A program made the position numbers and the translations under genes. A stretch of 64,000 nt of DNA from an uncultured Acidimicrobiaceae bacterium (GTDB lineage: Bacteria > Actinomycetota > Acidimicrobiia > Acidimicrobiales > CAIXPF01), in the NCBI GenBank assembly GCA_964453335.1, contig CAYVOK010000004.1:14682-78681 (forward strand), written 5' to 3'. Below are positions 17,542 through 26,283 of the stretch, piece after piece. How positions within the stretch are numbered: the first letter of the stretch is position 1; every line of letters begins with the position of its first letter. The notes under the pieces were generated by a model. It was not told the DNA's origin. It worked only from the letters and a program-made list of their open reading frames with translations, and did no database searches.

Positions 17542-19170
17542 TCAGAGGACGGGGCGCTCCACGTACCGACCGAACACCTCGGCGAGGGTGTTCATGATCT
17601 CACCCTCGGTGCAGTAGGCGTTCGAGCAGTCGATCAGCGCCGGCATCAGGTTGACCTCGGGGTCGGCGGCCTGGGTGCGGAGCGCGTCGAGCGCCGTGCG
17701 CACCGACTCGCCGTTGCGGTCGGCCTTGACGGCCTGCAGCCGCTTCACCTGCAGCATCTCCTGCTCCATGGTGATCTGCAGCAGGTCGGGCTGGGCCTCG
17801 CCGTTGCCCTCGGTGAAGGCGTTCACGCCGACGACGATCCGCTCACCACGGTTGACGAGCTTCTCGAAGTCGTAGGCGGCGTCCGCGATCTCGGACTGGA
17901 AGTAGCCGTTGTCGATGCCGACGTAGCCACCCTCGAGCATCGAACCGTTGCCGAACTCGTCGACCTTGGCGAAGATCGCCTCGGCCTGCCGCTCGATCTC
18001 GTCGGTGAGCGCCTCGACGTACCACGACCCGCCGAGCGGATCGGCGACGTTGGTCACGCCGGTCTCGTTCGCGATGACCTGCTGGGTCCGCAGCGCGATC
18101 CGGGCCGCCTTCTCCGTGGGGAGTGCGAGGGCCTCGTCGAAGGAGTTGGTGTGCAGGCTCTGCGTGCCACCGAGCACACCGGCGAGCGCCTCGATGGCGG
18201 TGCGGGCGATGTTGATCTCGGGCTGCTGCGCGGTGAGGGAGACACCGGCGGTCTGCGTGTGGAACCGCATCATCATCGACTTCTGGTTCTTCGCGCCGTA
18301 CCGCTCCTTCATCCAGCGCGCCCAGATGCGACGGGCGGCCCGGTACTTGGCGATCTCCTCGAAGAAGTCGATGTGGGCGTTGAAGAAGAAGCTGAGCCGC
18401 GGGGCGAACTCGTCGACGTCGAGCCCGGCGGCGATGGCGAGCTCGACGTAGGCGAACCCGTTGCCGAGCGTGAAGGCGAGCTCCTGTGCGGCGGTCGAAC
18501 CGGCCTCACGGATGTGGTACCCGGAGATCGAGATGCTGTTCCACTTGGGCATCTCTGCCGCGGTGAAGGTGATGGTGTCGCGCACGAGCCGCATCGACGG
18601 CCGTGGCGGGAACACGAACTCCTTCTGCGCCTGGTACTCCTTCAGGATGTCGTTCTGGAGGGTGCCACCGAGCTTGGCCCGGGGGATGTCCCGCTTCTCC
18701 GCCGCAGCGATGTACATGGCGAAGATCGCCGCTGCCGGCGAGTTGATCGTCATCGAGGTGGTGTAGGTGCCCACGTCGATGCCGTCGAAGAGGTCCTCCA
18801 TGTCGGCGAGCGTGTCGACGGCGACACCGCACTTGCCGACCTCGCCCTCGGCGTGGGGGTCGTCGGAGTCGCGACCCATCAGCGTCGGCAGGTCGAACGC
18901 CGTGGACAGACCATCGCCGCCCGCGGCGAGGATCGCCTTGAACCGCTCGTTCGTGTCGCTCGCCGTGCCGAACCCGGCGAACATGCGCATCGTCCACAGC
19001 CGCGACCGGTACATCGACGCGTGGATGCCACGCGTGTAGGGGTACTGGCCGGGGAACAACGCGTCGTCGGGGCCGTAGACCGGCTCGAGCGGTACGCCGG
19101 ACATCGTCTCGAAGCGTGCGTCCCGCTTGGGTGAGGCGTCGTAGGCGTCCTGCCAGGCTTCCTTGCTCAC
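17542..19170 (-). CDS. acyl-CoA mutase large (substrate-binding) subunit, methylmalonyl/isobutyryl-CoA mutase family, no B12-binding domain
   Basis: 542 aa. YPYTRGI...[12 protein letters not shown]...STAFDLPT...[11 protein letters not shown]. Ends at ...[11 protein letters not shown], before any DxHxxG cobalamin domain. Confidence 0.85.
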   Translation of the reverse strand: MSKEAWQDAYDASPKRDARFETMSGVPLEPVYGPDDALFPGQYPYTRGIHASMYRSRLWTMRMFAGFGTASDTNERFKAILAAGGDGLSTAFDLPTLMGRDSDDPHAEGEVGKCGVAVDTLADMEDLFDGIDVGTYTTSMTINSPAAAIFAMYIAAAEKRDIPRAKLGGTLQNDILKEYQAQKEFVFPPRPSMRLVRDTITFTAAEMPKWNSISISGYHIREAGSTAAQELAFTLGNGFAYVELAIAAGLDVDEFAPRLSFFFNAHIDFFEEIAKYRAARRIWARWMKERYGAKNQKSMMMRFHTQTAGVSLTAQQPEINIARTAIEALAGVLGGTQSLHTNSFDEALALPTEKAARIALRTQQVIANETGVTNVADPLGGSWYVEALTDEIERQAEAIFAKVDEFGNGSMLEGGYVGIDNGYFQSEIADAAYDFEKLVNRGERIVVGVNAFTEGNGEAQPDLLQITMEQEMLQVKRLQAVKADRNGESVRTALDALRTQAADPEVNLMPALIDCSNAYCTEGEIMNTLAEVFGRYVERPVL

Positions 19171-19195
19171 CGTGGTACTCCCGTGGGTCCCATGC

Positions 19196-19214
19196 CGACA
19201 CCGGTGGGGTGTCG
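19196..19214 (-). terminator. GC hairpin (7-bp stem CGACACC/GGTGTCG, 5-nt loop) after the GT4 gene
   Basis: Read directly. No U-tract, so it would be at best a factor-independent terminator of the actinobacterial type. Confidence 0.25.
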
Positions 19215-19233
19215 TGCGACGATCGGGATGATC

Positions 19234-20313
19234 CTACGGGTTGCGGGACCGGAGTTCCCCTTCGAACCACGCCTCGACCCGCGCGCCGAGGGCGTCGAGG
19301 GAGAACGTCGACTCGGCGTGACGACGGCAGGCAGCGCGGTCGATGCGGTCGATATGGCGGAGCGCCGCGACGAGACCGTCGACGTCGTCGGGCGGGGTGA
19401 CGAAACCGGTCACCCCGTCGACGACGAGCTCGGCCGGTCCGCCACGGTCGTAGGTGACGACGGGGACGCCGCACGCCTGGGCCTCGGCGACCACGTTGCC
19501 GAACGCCTCCTCCCAGCGGTGCGTGGCCAGCATCGCCGTGCACGTCCCGAGCGCTGCCTGCAGCTCGTCGGTGGGGAGGAACCCCTGGTAGCGGACGGCG
19601 TCGGGCCCGAACCGGTCGAGGACCGCCTGCCAGTGGTCGCCGTCCTCGATGAACCCCCAGACATGCAGCGGGAGCCCGAGGGCCGACGCCGCCGCGACGG
19701 CGTCGTCGAGGCCCTTCTCGGGGGAGATCCGTGCCACCCATCCGAGGCGGGGTTCGGGCACCTCGAGCACGACCCGGTACCGGTCGAGGTCGAGCCCGTT
19801 CCCGATGACCCGCAGGTGCTCGGCGAAGGGGAACGTCGCCGCCTGGGCGTGGGTGTGCACAGCGACGCCACCCGGACGGTGGGCGAGCGCCGTGGCGATG
19901 GCGTCGTCGACGACGTCGAGGAGGGATCCCATGCCGACGACGTGGAGCAGCGGCTTCGCCAGCCATGCGGTGCTCCACAACGGCAGCCAGTCGTAGGCGT
20001 AGTTGATCGCCACGTCCCAGTCGTCCTGCCGGTCGCGCACGACCGCGCACATCGCGGCGAGCACGCTCCCGGCCGGGAGCGCTGCGGGGGTGTCACGGGC
20101 GAGGTGCTGCGCCGAGGGCGGTGGGACCCCGGGCACACCGACCACGGCGACGCCGTCGAGCACGGACCCCTCGGGTGCGACGACGGTGACGTCGTGCCCC
20201 CGGCGCTGCAGTGCCCGGGCCGTCGCCGCGATCGTCAGTTCGACGCCACCACCGGCCCCCGAGCCGAGGGTTCCGATCGGTGTGGAGAGCAGCAGCACAC
20301 GACGTGCGGGCAT
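19234..20313 (-). CDS. GT4-family (GT-B) glycosyltransferase
   Basis: 359 aa. N-terminal Gly-rich loop GSGAGGGVE and E-x7-E region WEEAFGNVVAEAQACGVPVV. Confidence 0.8.
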   Translation of the reverse strand: MPARRVLLLSTPIGTLGSGAGGGVELTIAATARALQRRGHDVTVVAPEGSVLDGVAVVGVPGVPPPSAQHLARDTPAALPAGSVLAAMCAVVRDRQDDWDVAINYAYDWLPLWSTAWLAKPLLHVVGMGSLLDVVDDAIATALAHRPGGVAVHTHAQAATFPFAEHLRVIGNGLDLDRYRVVLEVPEPRLGWVARISPEKGLDDAVAAASALGLPLHVWGFIEDGDHWQAVLDRFGPDAVRYQGFLPTDELQAALGTCTAMLATHRWEEAFGNVVAEAQACGVPVVTYDRGGPAELVVDGVTGFVTPPDDVDGLVAALRHIDRIDRAACRRHAESTFSLDALGARVEAWFEGELRSRNP

Positions 20314-20319
20314 GGCCCG

Positions 20320-20325
20320 ACCCTA
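20320..20325 (-). promoter_or_regulatory. -10 hexamer TAGGGT, 6 nt before the GT4 ATG (leaderless pattern)
   Basis: Minus-strand read: TAGGGT cgggcc ATG. Confidence 0.45.
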
Positions 20326-20342
20326 GGCCCCGACGGGACGGG

Positions 20343-20348
20343 TAACGT
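20343..20348 (+). promoter_or_regulatory. -10 hexamer TAACGT, 6 nt before the LLM ATG 20355 (leaderless pattern)
   Basis: TAACGT gcggcg ATG. Back-to-back with the GT4 -10 box in a 41-nt divergent spacer. Confidence 0.45.
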
Positions 20349-20354
20349 GCGGCG

Positions 20355-21386
20355 ATGCGACTTGCGACGGGTGCGGGGTACTGGAGCAGCGGGCCGCCGT
20401 CGGGCGCCCTCGAGACGCTCCTCGAGGCCGAACGGCTCGGGTACGAGAGTTTCTGGACGGCCGAGGCGTACGGGTCGGACGCGCTGACGCCGCTCGCGTG
20501 GTGGGGGGCGTCGACGAGCCGGATCAAGCTCGGGACGTCGATCATCCAGATGTCGGCACGGACGCCGTCGGCGACAGCGATGGCTGCGATCACGATGGAC
20601 CACCTGTCCGAGGGTCGATTCATCCTCGGTCTCGGCGTGTCGGGCCCGCAGGTGGTCGAGGGGTGGTACGGCGAGCCGTACCCGAAGCCGCTCGCCCGCA
20701 CGCGTGAGTACATCGGCATCGTCCGGTCGATCATCGCGAGGGACAAGCCCGTGGAGTTCCACGGCGAGTTCTACGACCTCCCGTACTCGGGCGGGACCGG
20801 TCTCGGGAAGCCGTTGAAGTCGACGGTGCACCCGCGGCGCACCGACATCCCGATCTACCTCGGTGCCGAGGGCCCGAAGAACGTGGCGTTGTCGGCGGAG
20901 CTGTGCGACGGGTGGCTGCCGCTGTTCTTCAGCCCGAGGCCCGGTTCGAACGGGTTCTACCGCGACGCGATGGCCGAGGGGTTCGCCCGGCCCGGGGCCC
21001 GCCGTTCCTTCGGTGATTTCGAGGTCGTGTGCCCGATCACGGTCGTGCCCGGCGACGACGTCGAGCGCGCCGCCGACAAGGTGCGGCCGAACCTCGCCCT
21101 CTACATCGGCGGAATGGGTGCCCGCGGGCAGAACTTCCACTTCGAGGTGTTCGCCCGGATGGGGTTCGAGGAACAGTGCACGGCGATCCAGGACCTGTAC
21201 CTCGCCGGCCGCAAGGACGAGGCGGCCGCTGCGGTCACCACCGAGATGGTGGAGGCGGTGGCCCTCGTCGGCCCGCGTGAGAAGATCCGCGACGACCTCG
21301 CTGCATGGGAGGAGTCGGTGGTGACGACGCTGCTCGTGTCGGGCCCGCCGTCGACGTTGCAGCTCATGGCCGAACTCTGTCTCTGA
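20355..21386 (+). CDS. LLM-class F420-dependent oxidoreductase
   Basis: 343 aa. ERLGYESFWTAEAYGSDALTPLAW...RFILGLGVSGPQVVEGWYG. Confidence 0.8.
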   Translation: MRLATGAGYWSSGPPSGALETLLEAERLGYESFWTAEAYGSDALTPLAWWGASTSRIKLGTSIIQMSARTPSATAMAAITMDHLSEGRFILGLGVSGPQVVEGWYGEPYPKPLARTREYIGIVRSIIARDKPVEFHGEFYDLPYSGGTGLGKPLKSTVHPRRTDIPIYLGAEGPKNVALSAELCDGWLPLFFSPRPGSNGFYRDAMAEGFARPGARRSFGDFEVVCPITVVPGDDVERAADKVRPNLALYIGGMGARGQNFHFEVFARMGFEEQCTAIQDLYLAGRKDEAAAAVTTEMVEAVALVGPREKIRDDLAAWEESVVTTLLVSGPPSTLQLMAELCL

Positions 21387-21396
21387 GGGGAACCTG

Positions 21397-22872
21397 ATGA
21401 CGCTCGATCCACGTACCGCCGTTCTCGTCGGCGCCGGCCAGTTCGTCCAGAAGCCAGCCGACCCTGCCGACGCGGTCGAACCGTTGCAGATGATGGTCGA
21501 GGCGATCGAACGGGCGGCCGACGACGCCGGGAGCCGCGCCCTGCTCGGGAAGGTGAACTCGATCCGGGTCGTCAAGGGTGCGTGGTCGTACCGCGATCCG
21601 GGGACGTTGATCGCCCAGCGGATCGGGGCGTCGCCGTCGCAGTCGGTGGTGACCCCCGACGGCGGGAACACGCCGCAGACGCTCGTGAACGACGCCGCGC
21701 TCGCCATCGAACGCGGTGAGCTCGACGTGGTCGTCCTCGTCGGTGCGGAAGGGATCTACACCCGGCGACGCGCGCGCCGGGCGGGAGCTCGGATCCCCTA
21801 CACGAACGACGACGCAGCCCCGCCCGCACCGATGCTCGGCAAGGACATGCCGATGAGCTCGGAGGTCGAGATGGCCCGCGGGTTCGAGGCGCCGATCAAC
21901 ATCTACCCGATGTTCGAGACGGCGATCCGGCACGCCAACGGGGAGACGCCGGAGGCGCACCTGCGGCGGATCTCGGAGTTGTGGGAGCGCTTCAACCGGG
22001 TGGCGGTCGACAACCCCTATGCGTGGATCCGTCGGCCGATGACCGCCGAGCAGATCCGCACGGCGTCGCCGGAGAACCGCATGATCGGGTACCCCTACAC
22101 GAAGGCGATGAACTCGAACTGGGATCTCGACCAGGCGGCTGCGGTGATCCTGTGCTCGGTGGCGACGGCCCAGTCGCTCGGCATCTCCCGGGACCGCTTC
22201 GTGTTCCCGCACGCAGGGACCGACGCGCACGACACCTACCTGGTGTCCGAGCGCGACTCGTACCACACGTCGCCGGCGATCCGCGTCGCGGCGGCACGTT
22301 GCTTCGAGCTCGCCGGGCGATCGGTGGCCGACGTCGACCACGTCGACGTGTACTCCTGCTTCCCCTCCGCCGTGCAGATCTCGGCGAAGGAGATCGGACT
22401 GTCGCTCGACCGGCAGCTCACGGTGACCGGTGGCCTGCCCTTCGCCGGCGGTCCGCTCAACAACTACGTGATGCACTCGATCGCCACGATGGCGGGGGTG
22501 CTGCGTGCCGATCCGGGTTCGTTGGGGCTCATCACGGCGAACGGCGGCTACGTCACGAAGCACGCGATCGGCCTGTACTCGACGGAACCGCCGTCGGGCG
22601 GCTTCCGGCACGCCGACGTGCAGGCCGAGGTCGACCGGTTCCCGACTCGTACCTTCGCCCCGGACCACACGGGTGCGGCAACGGTCGAGGCCTACACGGT
22701 GATGCACGACGCCGAGGGACCGGCACAGGCGTTGGTGTCGTGTCTGACCGCTGACGGCCGTCGCACGTTCACGAACACCCGTGACCGCGCCGCCATGGAC
22801 GCGCTCGTCGCGGCGGATCTCGTCGGGTCGCCCGTCGAGGTCGACCGTGACGCGGTCGTCCACCTCGGCTGA
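21397..22872 (+). CDS. thiolase-like acetyl-CoA acetyltransferase family protein with extra C-terminal domain
   Basis: 491 aa. Thiolase-fold pattern (VDHVDVYSCFPSAVQI, GGLPFAGGPLNNY) followed by ~100 additional residues. SD GAGGGGAA. Confidence 0.7.
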   Translation: MTLDPRTAVLVGAGQFVQKPADPADAVEPLQMMVEAIERAADDAGSRALLGKVNSIRVVKGAWSYRDPGTLIAQRIGASPSQSVVTPDGGNTPQTLVNDAALAIERGELDVVVLVGAEGIYTRRRARRAGARIPYTNDDAAPPAPMLGKDMPMSSEVEMARGFEAPINIYPMFETAIRHANGETPEAHLRRISELWERFNRVAVDNPYAWIRRPMTAEQIRTASPENRMIGYPYTKAMNSNWDLDQAAAVILCSVATAQSLGISRDRFVFPHAGTDAHDTYLVSERDSYHTSPAIRVAAARCFELAGRSVADVDHVDVYSCFPSAVQISAKEIGLSLDRQLTVTGGLPFAGGPLNNYVMHSIATMAGVLRADPGSLGLITANGGYVTKHAIGLYSTEPPSGGFRHADVQAEVDRFPTRTFAPDHTGAATVEAYTVMHDAEGPAQALVSCLTADGRRTFTNTRDRAAMDALVAADLVGSPVEVDRDAVVHLG

Positions 22873-22875
22873 GGT

Positions 22876-23208
22876 TCAGTCGGTCACGCGGTCGGCCCTC
22901 GCCCACCACCAGGCCCGAAACCGCCCGTAGGCGGCGAGTCCGGCCGCGCTCGACCCGACGACGCCGACGAGGCCGCCGATGTTCGGGCCGGCGACGACCG
23001 CAACGCCGAGTGTCACGACGACCGCAGCGAGGGTGACGAGCACCGCGACGGCGACGAACCCGGCGAAGGTGGGCGGCGGTGGTTCGGCGACGCCGTAGAC
23101 GGACTCCCACGCCTGGAGGCGTTCGACGAACGCCGGGTCGTCGCGGTGCAGCGACGCCTCGAGCTCGGCGATGACGTCGTCGTCGGGGTCGGACACGAGA
23201 TCGAGCAT
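22876..23208 (-). CDS. DUF3040-type small membrane protein
   Basis: 110 aa from ATG 23206-23208. DDDVIAELEASLHRDDPAFVERL, then two hydrophobic helices. Confidence 0.65.
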   Translation of the reverse strand: MLDLVSDPDDDVIAELEASLHRDDPAFVERLQAWESVYGVAEPPPPTFAGFVAVAVLVTLAAVVVTLGVAVVAGPNIGGLVGVVGSSAAGLAAYGRFRAWWWARADRVTD

Positions 23209-23225
23209 GCCACGGGGCCGCGGTC

Positions 23226-23231
23226 TACGGT
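23226..23231 (+). promoter_or_regulatory. -10 hexamer TACGGT, 6 nt before the adh ATG 23238 (leaderless pattern)
   Basis: TACGGT gcggcc ATG. Confidence 0.45.
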
Positions 23232-23237
23232 GCGGCC

Positions 23238-24356
23238 ATGGGAACCAGGGCACGGGTGGTCGTCGCCCCGCCGGATGCGCCGATGCAGGTCGTCGAGACC
23301 GAACTCCCCGCACCCGGTCCGGGCATGGTGGTGGTCGAGCAGTTCGCCTCGGGCATCTGTCACAGTCAGCTGCACCAGCTGCACCGCCCGCGGCGTGAGG
23401 GTCTGCTGCTCGGGCACGAGTCGACCGGTCGCGTGGTCGCCGTCGGCGCCGGGGTCGACCACGTCGCGCCCGGTGACACCGTCCTCGTCACCTGGGTGCC
23501 GCGCAGCCCTGCGGCTGCGGCCACCTGGTCGGGTGGGGTCGGCCTCGACCTCCCGGGCGGACGGGCTGCGACGGCCGACTGCTTCACCTGGGCGACCCAC
23601 ACGCTCGTGCACGAACAACTCGTCGTACGGGCCGACGACGGCATCGCGCCGGACGTGACCTCGATCATCGGCTGCGCGGTGATGACCGGCGCCGGCGCCG
23701 TGCTGCACACGGCGGACGTCCAGGCCGGACAGTCGGTTGCGGTGTTCGGCGTCGGCGGTGTCGGACTGTCGGCGATCGCTGCGGCTCGGGCGCGTGGCGC
23801 CGATCTCGTGATCGCCGTCGATCTCGACGACGCCAAGCTCGACTTCGCCCGTCGGTTCGGGGCGACGCACGGGGTGAACGCCCGGGCGGGTGACCCGGTG
23901 GAGCAGATCCGGGCGATCACCCGGGCGCACTACGCCACGGACCCGCCCGCCCGCTACGAGGGTCTCGGGTTCCGGGGCATGCCGATCGAAGGGGTCGACG
24001 TCGCGCTCGACTGCATCGGCCTCAAGGTGACGATGGAGCAGATCGTGCCGGCCGCCCGGCCCGGCCGGTTCGGCGTGAACCAGGGCGGTCTCGCCGTCCT
24101 CGTCGGCGTGCCCTCGACGACGGTCGAACTCGACGCGGCGCACATGCTGCTCACCGAGAAGACGTTCCGCGGCTCGATCGGTGGGTCGTGCACCCCCGAC
24201 GTCGACTTCCCGGAGTTCCTGCGCTGGCACGCCGATGGGCGTCTCCCCCTCGACGAACTGGTGACCGCCCGGTTCCGCCTCGACGAGGTGAACGAGGCGT
24301 GCGCGGCGCTCGAACGGGGCGAGATCTCGGGCCGGGCGGTCTTCGACCTCGGCTGA
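23238..24356 (+). CDS. zinc-dependent alcohol dehydrogenase (MDR superfamily)
   Basis: 372 aa. GICHSQLH...GHESTGRVVAVG and Rossmann VAVFGVGGVGLSAI. Confidence 0.85.
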   Translation: MGTRARVVVAPPDAPMQVVETELPAPGPGMVVVEQFASGICHSQLHQLHRPRREGLLLGHESTGRVVAVGAGVDHVAPGDTVLVTWVPRSPAAAATWSGGVGLDLPGGRAATADCFTWATHTLVHEQLVVRADDGIAPDVTSIIGCAVMTGAGAVLHTADVQAGQSVAVFGVGGVGLSAIAAARARGADLVIAVDLDDAKLDFARRFGATHGVNARAGDPVEQIRAITRAHYATDPPARYEGLGFRGMPIEGVDVALDCIGLKVTMEQIVPAARPGRFGVNQGGLAVLVGVPSTTVELDAAHMLLTEKTFRGSIGGSCTPDVDFPEFLRWHADGRLPLDELVTARFRLDEVNEACAALERGEISGRAVFDLG

Positions 24357-24482
24357 GCCAGGTCACCGGGCAGGTCGATCCGGTTGCCTACACTCCACGG
24401 GACCCGAGGGCTGCGACGGCGGACGGATCGAATCGTTGCTCGGCGCCGCACAGTATCTCTCACTGCCGACAAGGATCGATCC

Positions 24483-25520
24483 ATGAACACCCGAAGCGTG
24501 CTGCGTGATCGTGCCCGGAACGGCGTTACGACTGGTCGACGCCTCGCCGCCAGGGCCTACCGCGAGGCCTCGAGGCAAGTCGCGACGAGGCGGGCGAACG
24601 ATGACAGCCTCGAGGTCACGTCGGCGGAGCAGCGGGCAGCAGCCGAGCCGACGAGCCCGTACCCCGTGTCGTTCTCCCTCGACGCATTGCGGGAGAACCA
24701 CCCCGACCTCGCCTCCTTCGATGACGCAGCGCTCACCGCCCACTATCGGCGGATTGGTTTTGCGGAAGGGCGCAAGGCGTTCGGCATCGCTGACCGCAAC
24801 TCGTTCGTCGCCCTCATCGGCCCCGACGCGCGAGCTCTCGAGATCGGCCCGTTCCAGGCACCGATGCTGAACGGGCCGAACGTGCGCTACTTCGACGTTC
24901 TCGACCGTGAGGGCCTCGTCGAGCGTGCCGTCTCGCTCGGACTGGACACGTCCCGGATCCCCGAGCGGATCCACGTGGTGTCGCCGACCGGGGACCTCGC
25001 CGTCGTCACCGAGAAGTTCGACGCCGTGGTGTCGAGTCACTGCATCGAGCACCAGCCCGATCTCGTCCGCCACCTCCGGCAGGTAGCCGACACGATCGAT
25101 ACCGGAGGCCGGTATTTCGTCCTGGTCCCCGATCAGCGGTACTGCTTCGACCACTTCCTGCCGCCGAGCTCGACTGCATCCGTGATCGCAGCCCATCTCG
25201 AAGGCTTGACCAGGCACTCGACCCGAGCCGTTCTCGAGCACCGGGCGCACACTGCGCACAACGACGCCGGACGTCACTGGTTGGGCGACCACGGCGACCC
25301 GTGTGAGGACCGCTCCTCCCGACTACAGGCAGCGATCGACGAGCTCGCTCGAGCCGGTGACGCCTACATCGACGTCCACGCGTGGCAGTTCACCCCTGAA
25401 TCGTTCACGACGGTGATGGCCGATCTGGCCGACGCGGACCTCAGCCCGTTCGACGTGGAGCGGCTCTACCCCACTACACGAAACCAGTTCGAGTTCTGGG
25501 CGATTCTCCGCAAGCGCTGA
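24483..25520 (+). CDS. class I SAM-dependent methyltransferase with ~110-aa N-terminal extension
   Basis: I start at ATG 24483 (SD AAGGA); 345 aa. LEIGPFQAP...FDAVVSSHCIEHQPDLVRHL...GGRYFVLVPD is a Methyltransf_11/23-like core. Confidence 0.7.
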   Translation: MNTRSVLRDRARNGVTTGRRLAARAYREASRQVATRRANDDSLEVTSAEQRAAAEPTSPYPVSFSLDALRENHPDLASFDDAALTAHYRRIGFAEGRKAFGIADRNSFVALIGPDARALEIGPFQAPMLNGPNVRYFDVLDREGLVERAVSLGLDTSRIPERIHVVSPTGDLAVVTEKFDAVVSSHCIEHQPDLVRHLRQVADTIDTGGRYFVLVPDQRYCFDHFLPPSSTASVIAAHLEGLTRHSTRAVLEHRAHTAHNDAGRHWLGDHGDPCEDRSSRLQAAIDELARAGDAYIDVHAWQFTPESFTTVMADLADADLSPFDVERLYPTTRNQFEFWAILRKR

Positions 25521-25533
25521 CTCGCCGCGCTGG

Positions 25534-26250
25534 CTAGTGGACCGGGTGTCGGCGACCGACGACGAGCATCTGCTTCCCCAGGACCCGCCACGCGGGTCTG
25601 CATCGCAGGTAGGCGCGAACCAATCCGGCGCGAACCGGGAACTTCGAGTCCTTCACCGTGTACGGGAGAAAACGCGGTTCGACCCTCGTCTCCTCGAAAC
25701 CTCGCAGCCGGAGTGCCTCGACCAGGCTGAGGTGCGTGAGCGGAAGGTGATGGTCGAGGTAGTCCCAGTACGCGCCCGGCAGATATCGGATGTTCGGCAT
25801 CAGGACGACGACAGTCCCTCCGGGACGGAGTATGCGATGGGCTTCGGCGAGCGTGTCGAGGAGCGACTGCTTGGTCGGGAGGTGCTCGAAGAAATTCGAG
25901 GAGAAGACGGTGTCGACCGACTCGTCTTCTATGGCGGCGAGGTCGTCGGACGACGTAAGCAGCACCTCGATCCCGGCATCGGCGGCGAGCACCGTCGCAG
26001 GGTTCAGATCGACAGCGATGCGACGCGACGCGCGGATCGCGTTCGTGAATTCGCAGAACCCTGCGCCGAGATCGACGACGGATCCGTCGACTGGTACGTA
26101 CTGCTGGAAGACCTCGTCGACGAGGGTATTCCAGAGCACCTGCTTGTCGCGGCGTTCAGCGACGCTGAATCGCTGCTCATACGTCGCCTCGAGGTACCCG
26201 GCATCATCGGGTACCCCCATCTCGCTCACGACGTCGCTCCTCGAACACAC
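25534..26250 (-). CDS. class I SAM-dependent methyltransferase
   Basis: 238 aa. VVDLGAGFCEF motif I, VDTVFSSNFFEHL, ILRPGGTVVVLMPN. The start could be 26220. Confidence 0.8.
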   Translation of the reverse strand: MCSRSDVVSEMGVPDDAGYLEATYEQRFSVAERRDKQVLWNTLVDEVFQQYVPVDGSVVDLGAGFCEFTNAIRASRRIAVDLNPATVLAADAGIEVLLTSSDDLAAIEDESVDTVFSSNFFEHLPTKQSLLDTLAEAHRILRPGGTVVVLMPNIRYLPGAYWDYLDHHLPLTHLSLVEALRLRGFEETRVEPRFLPYTVKDSKFPVRAGLVRAYLRCRPAWRVLGKQMLVVGRRHPVH

Positions 26251-26283
26251 ATGTCGGTGAGACTAGGCCTCGTCCCGGTGCGA

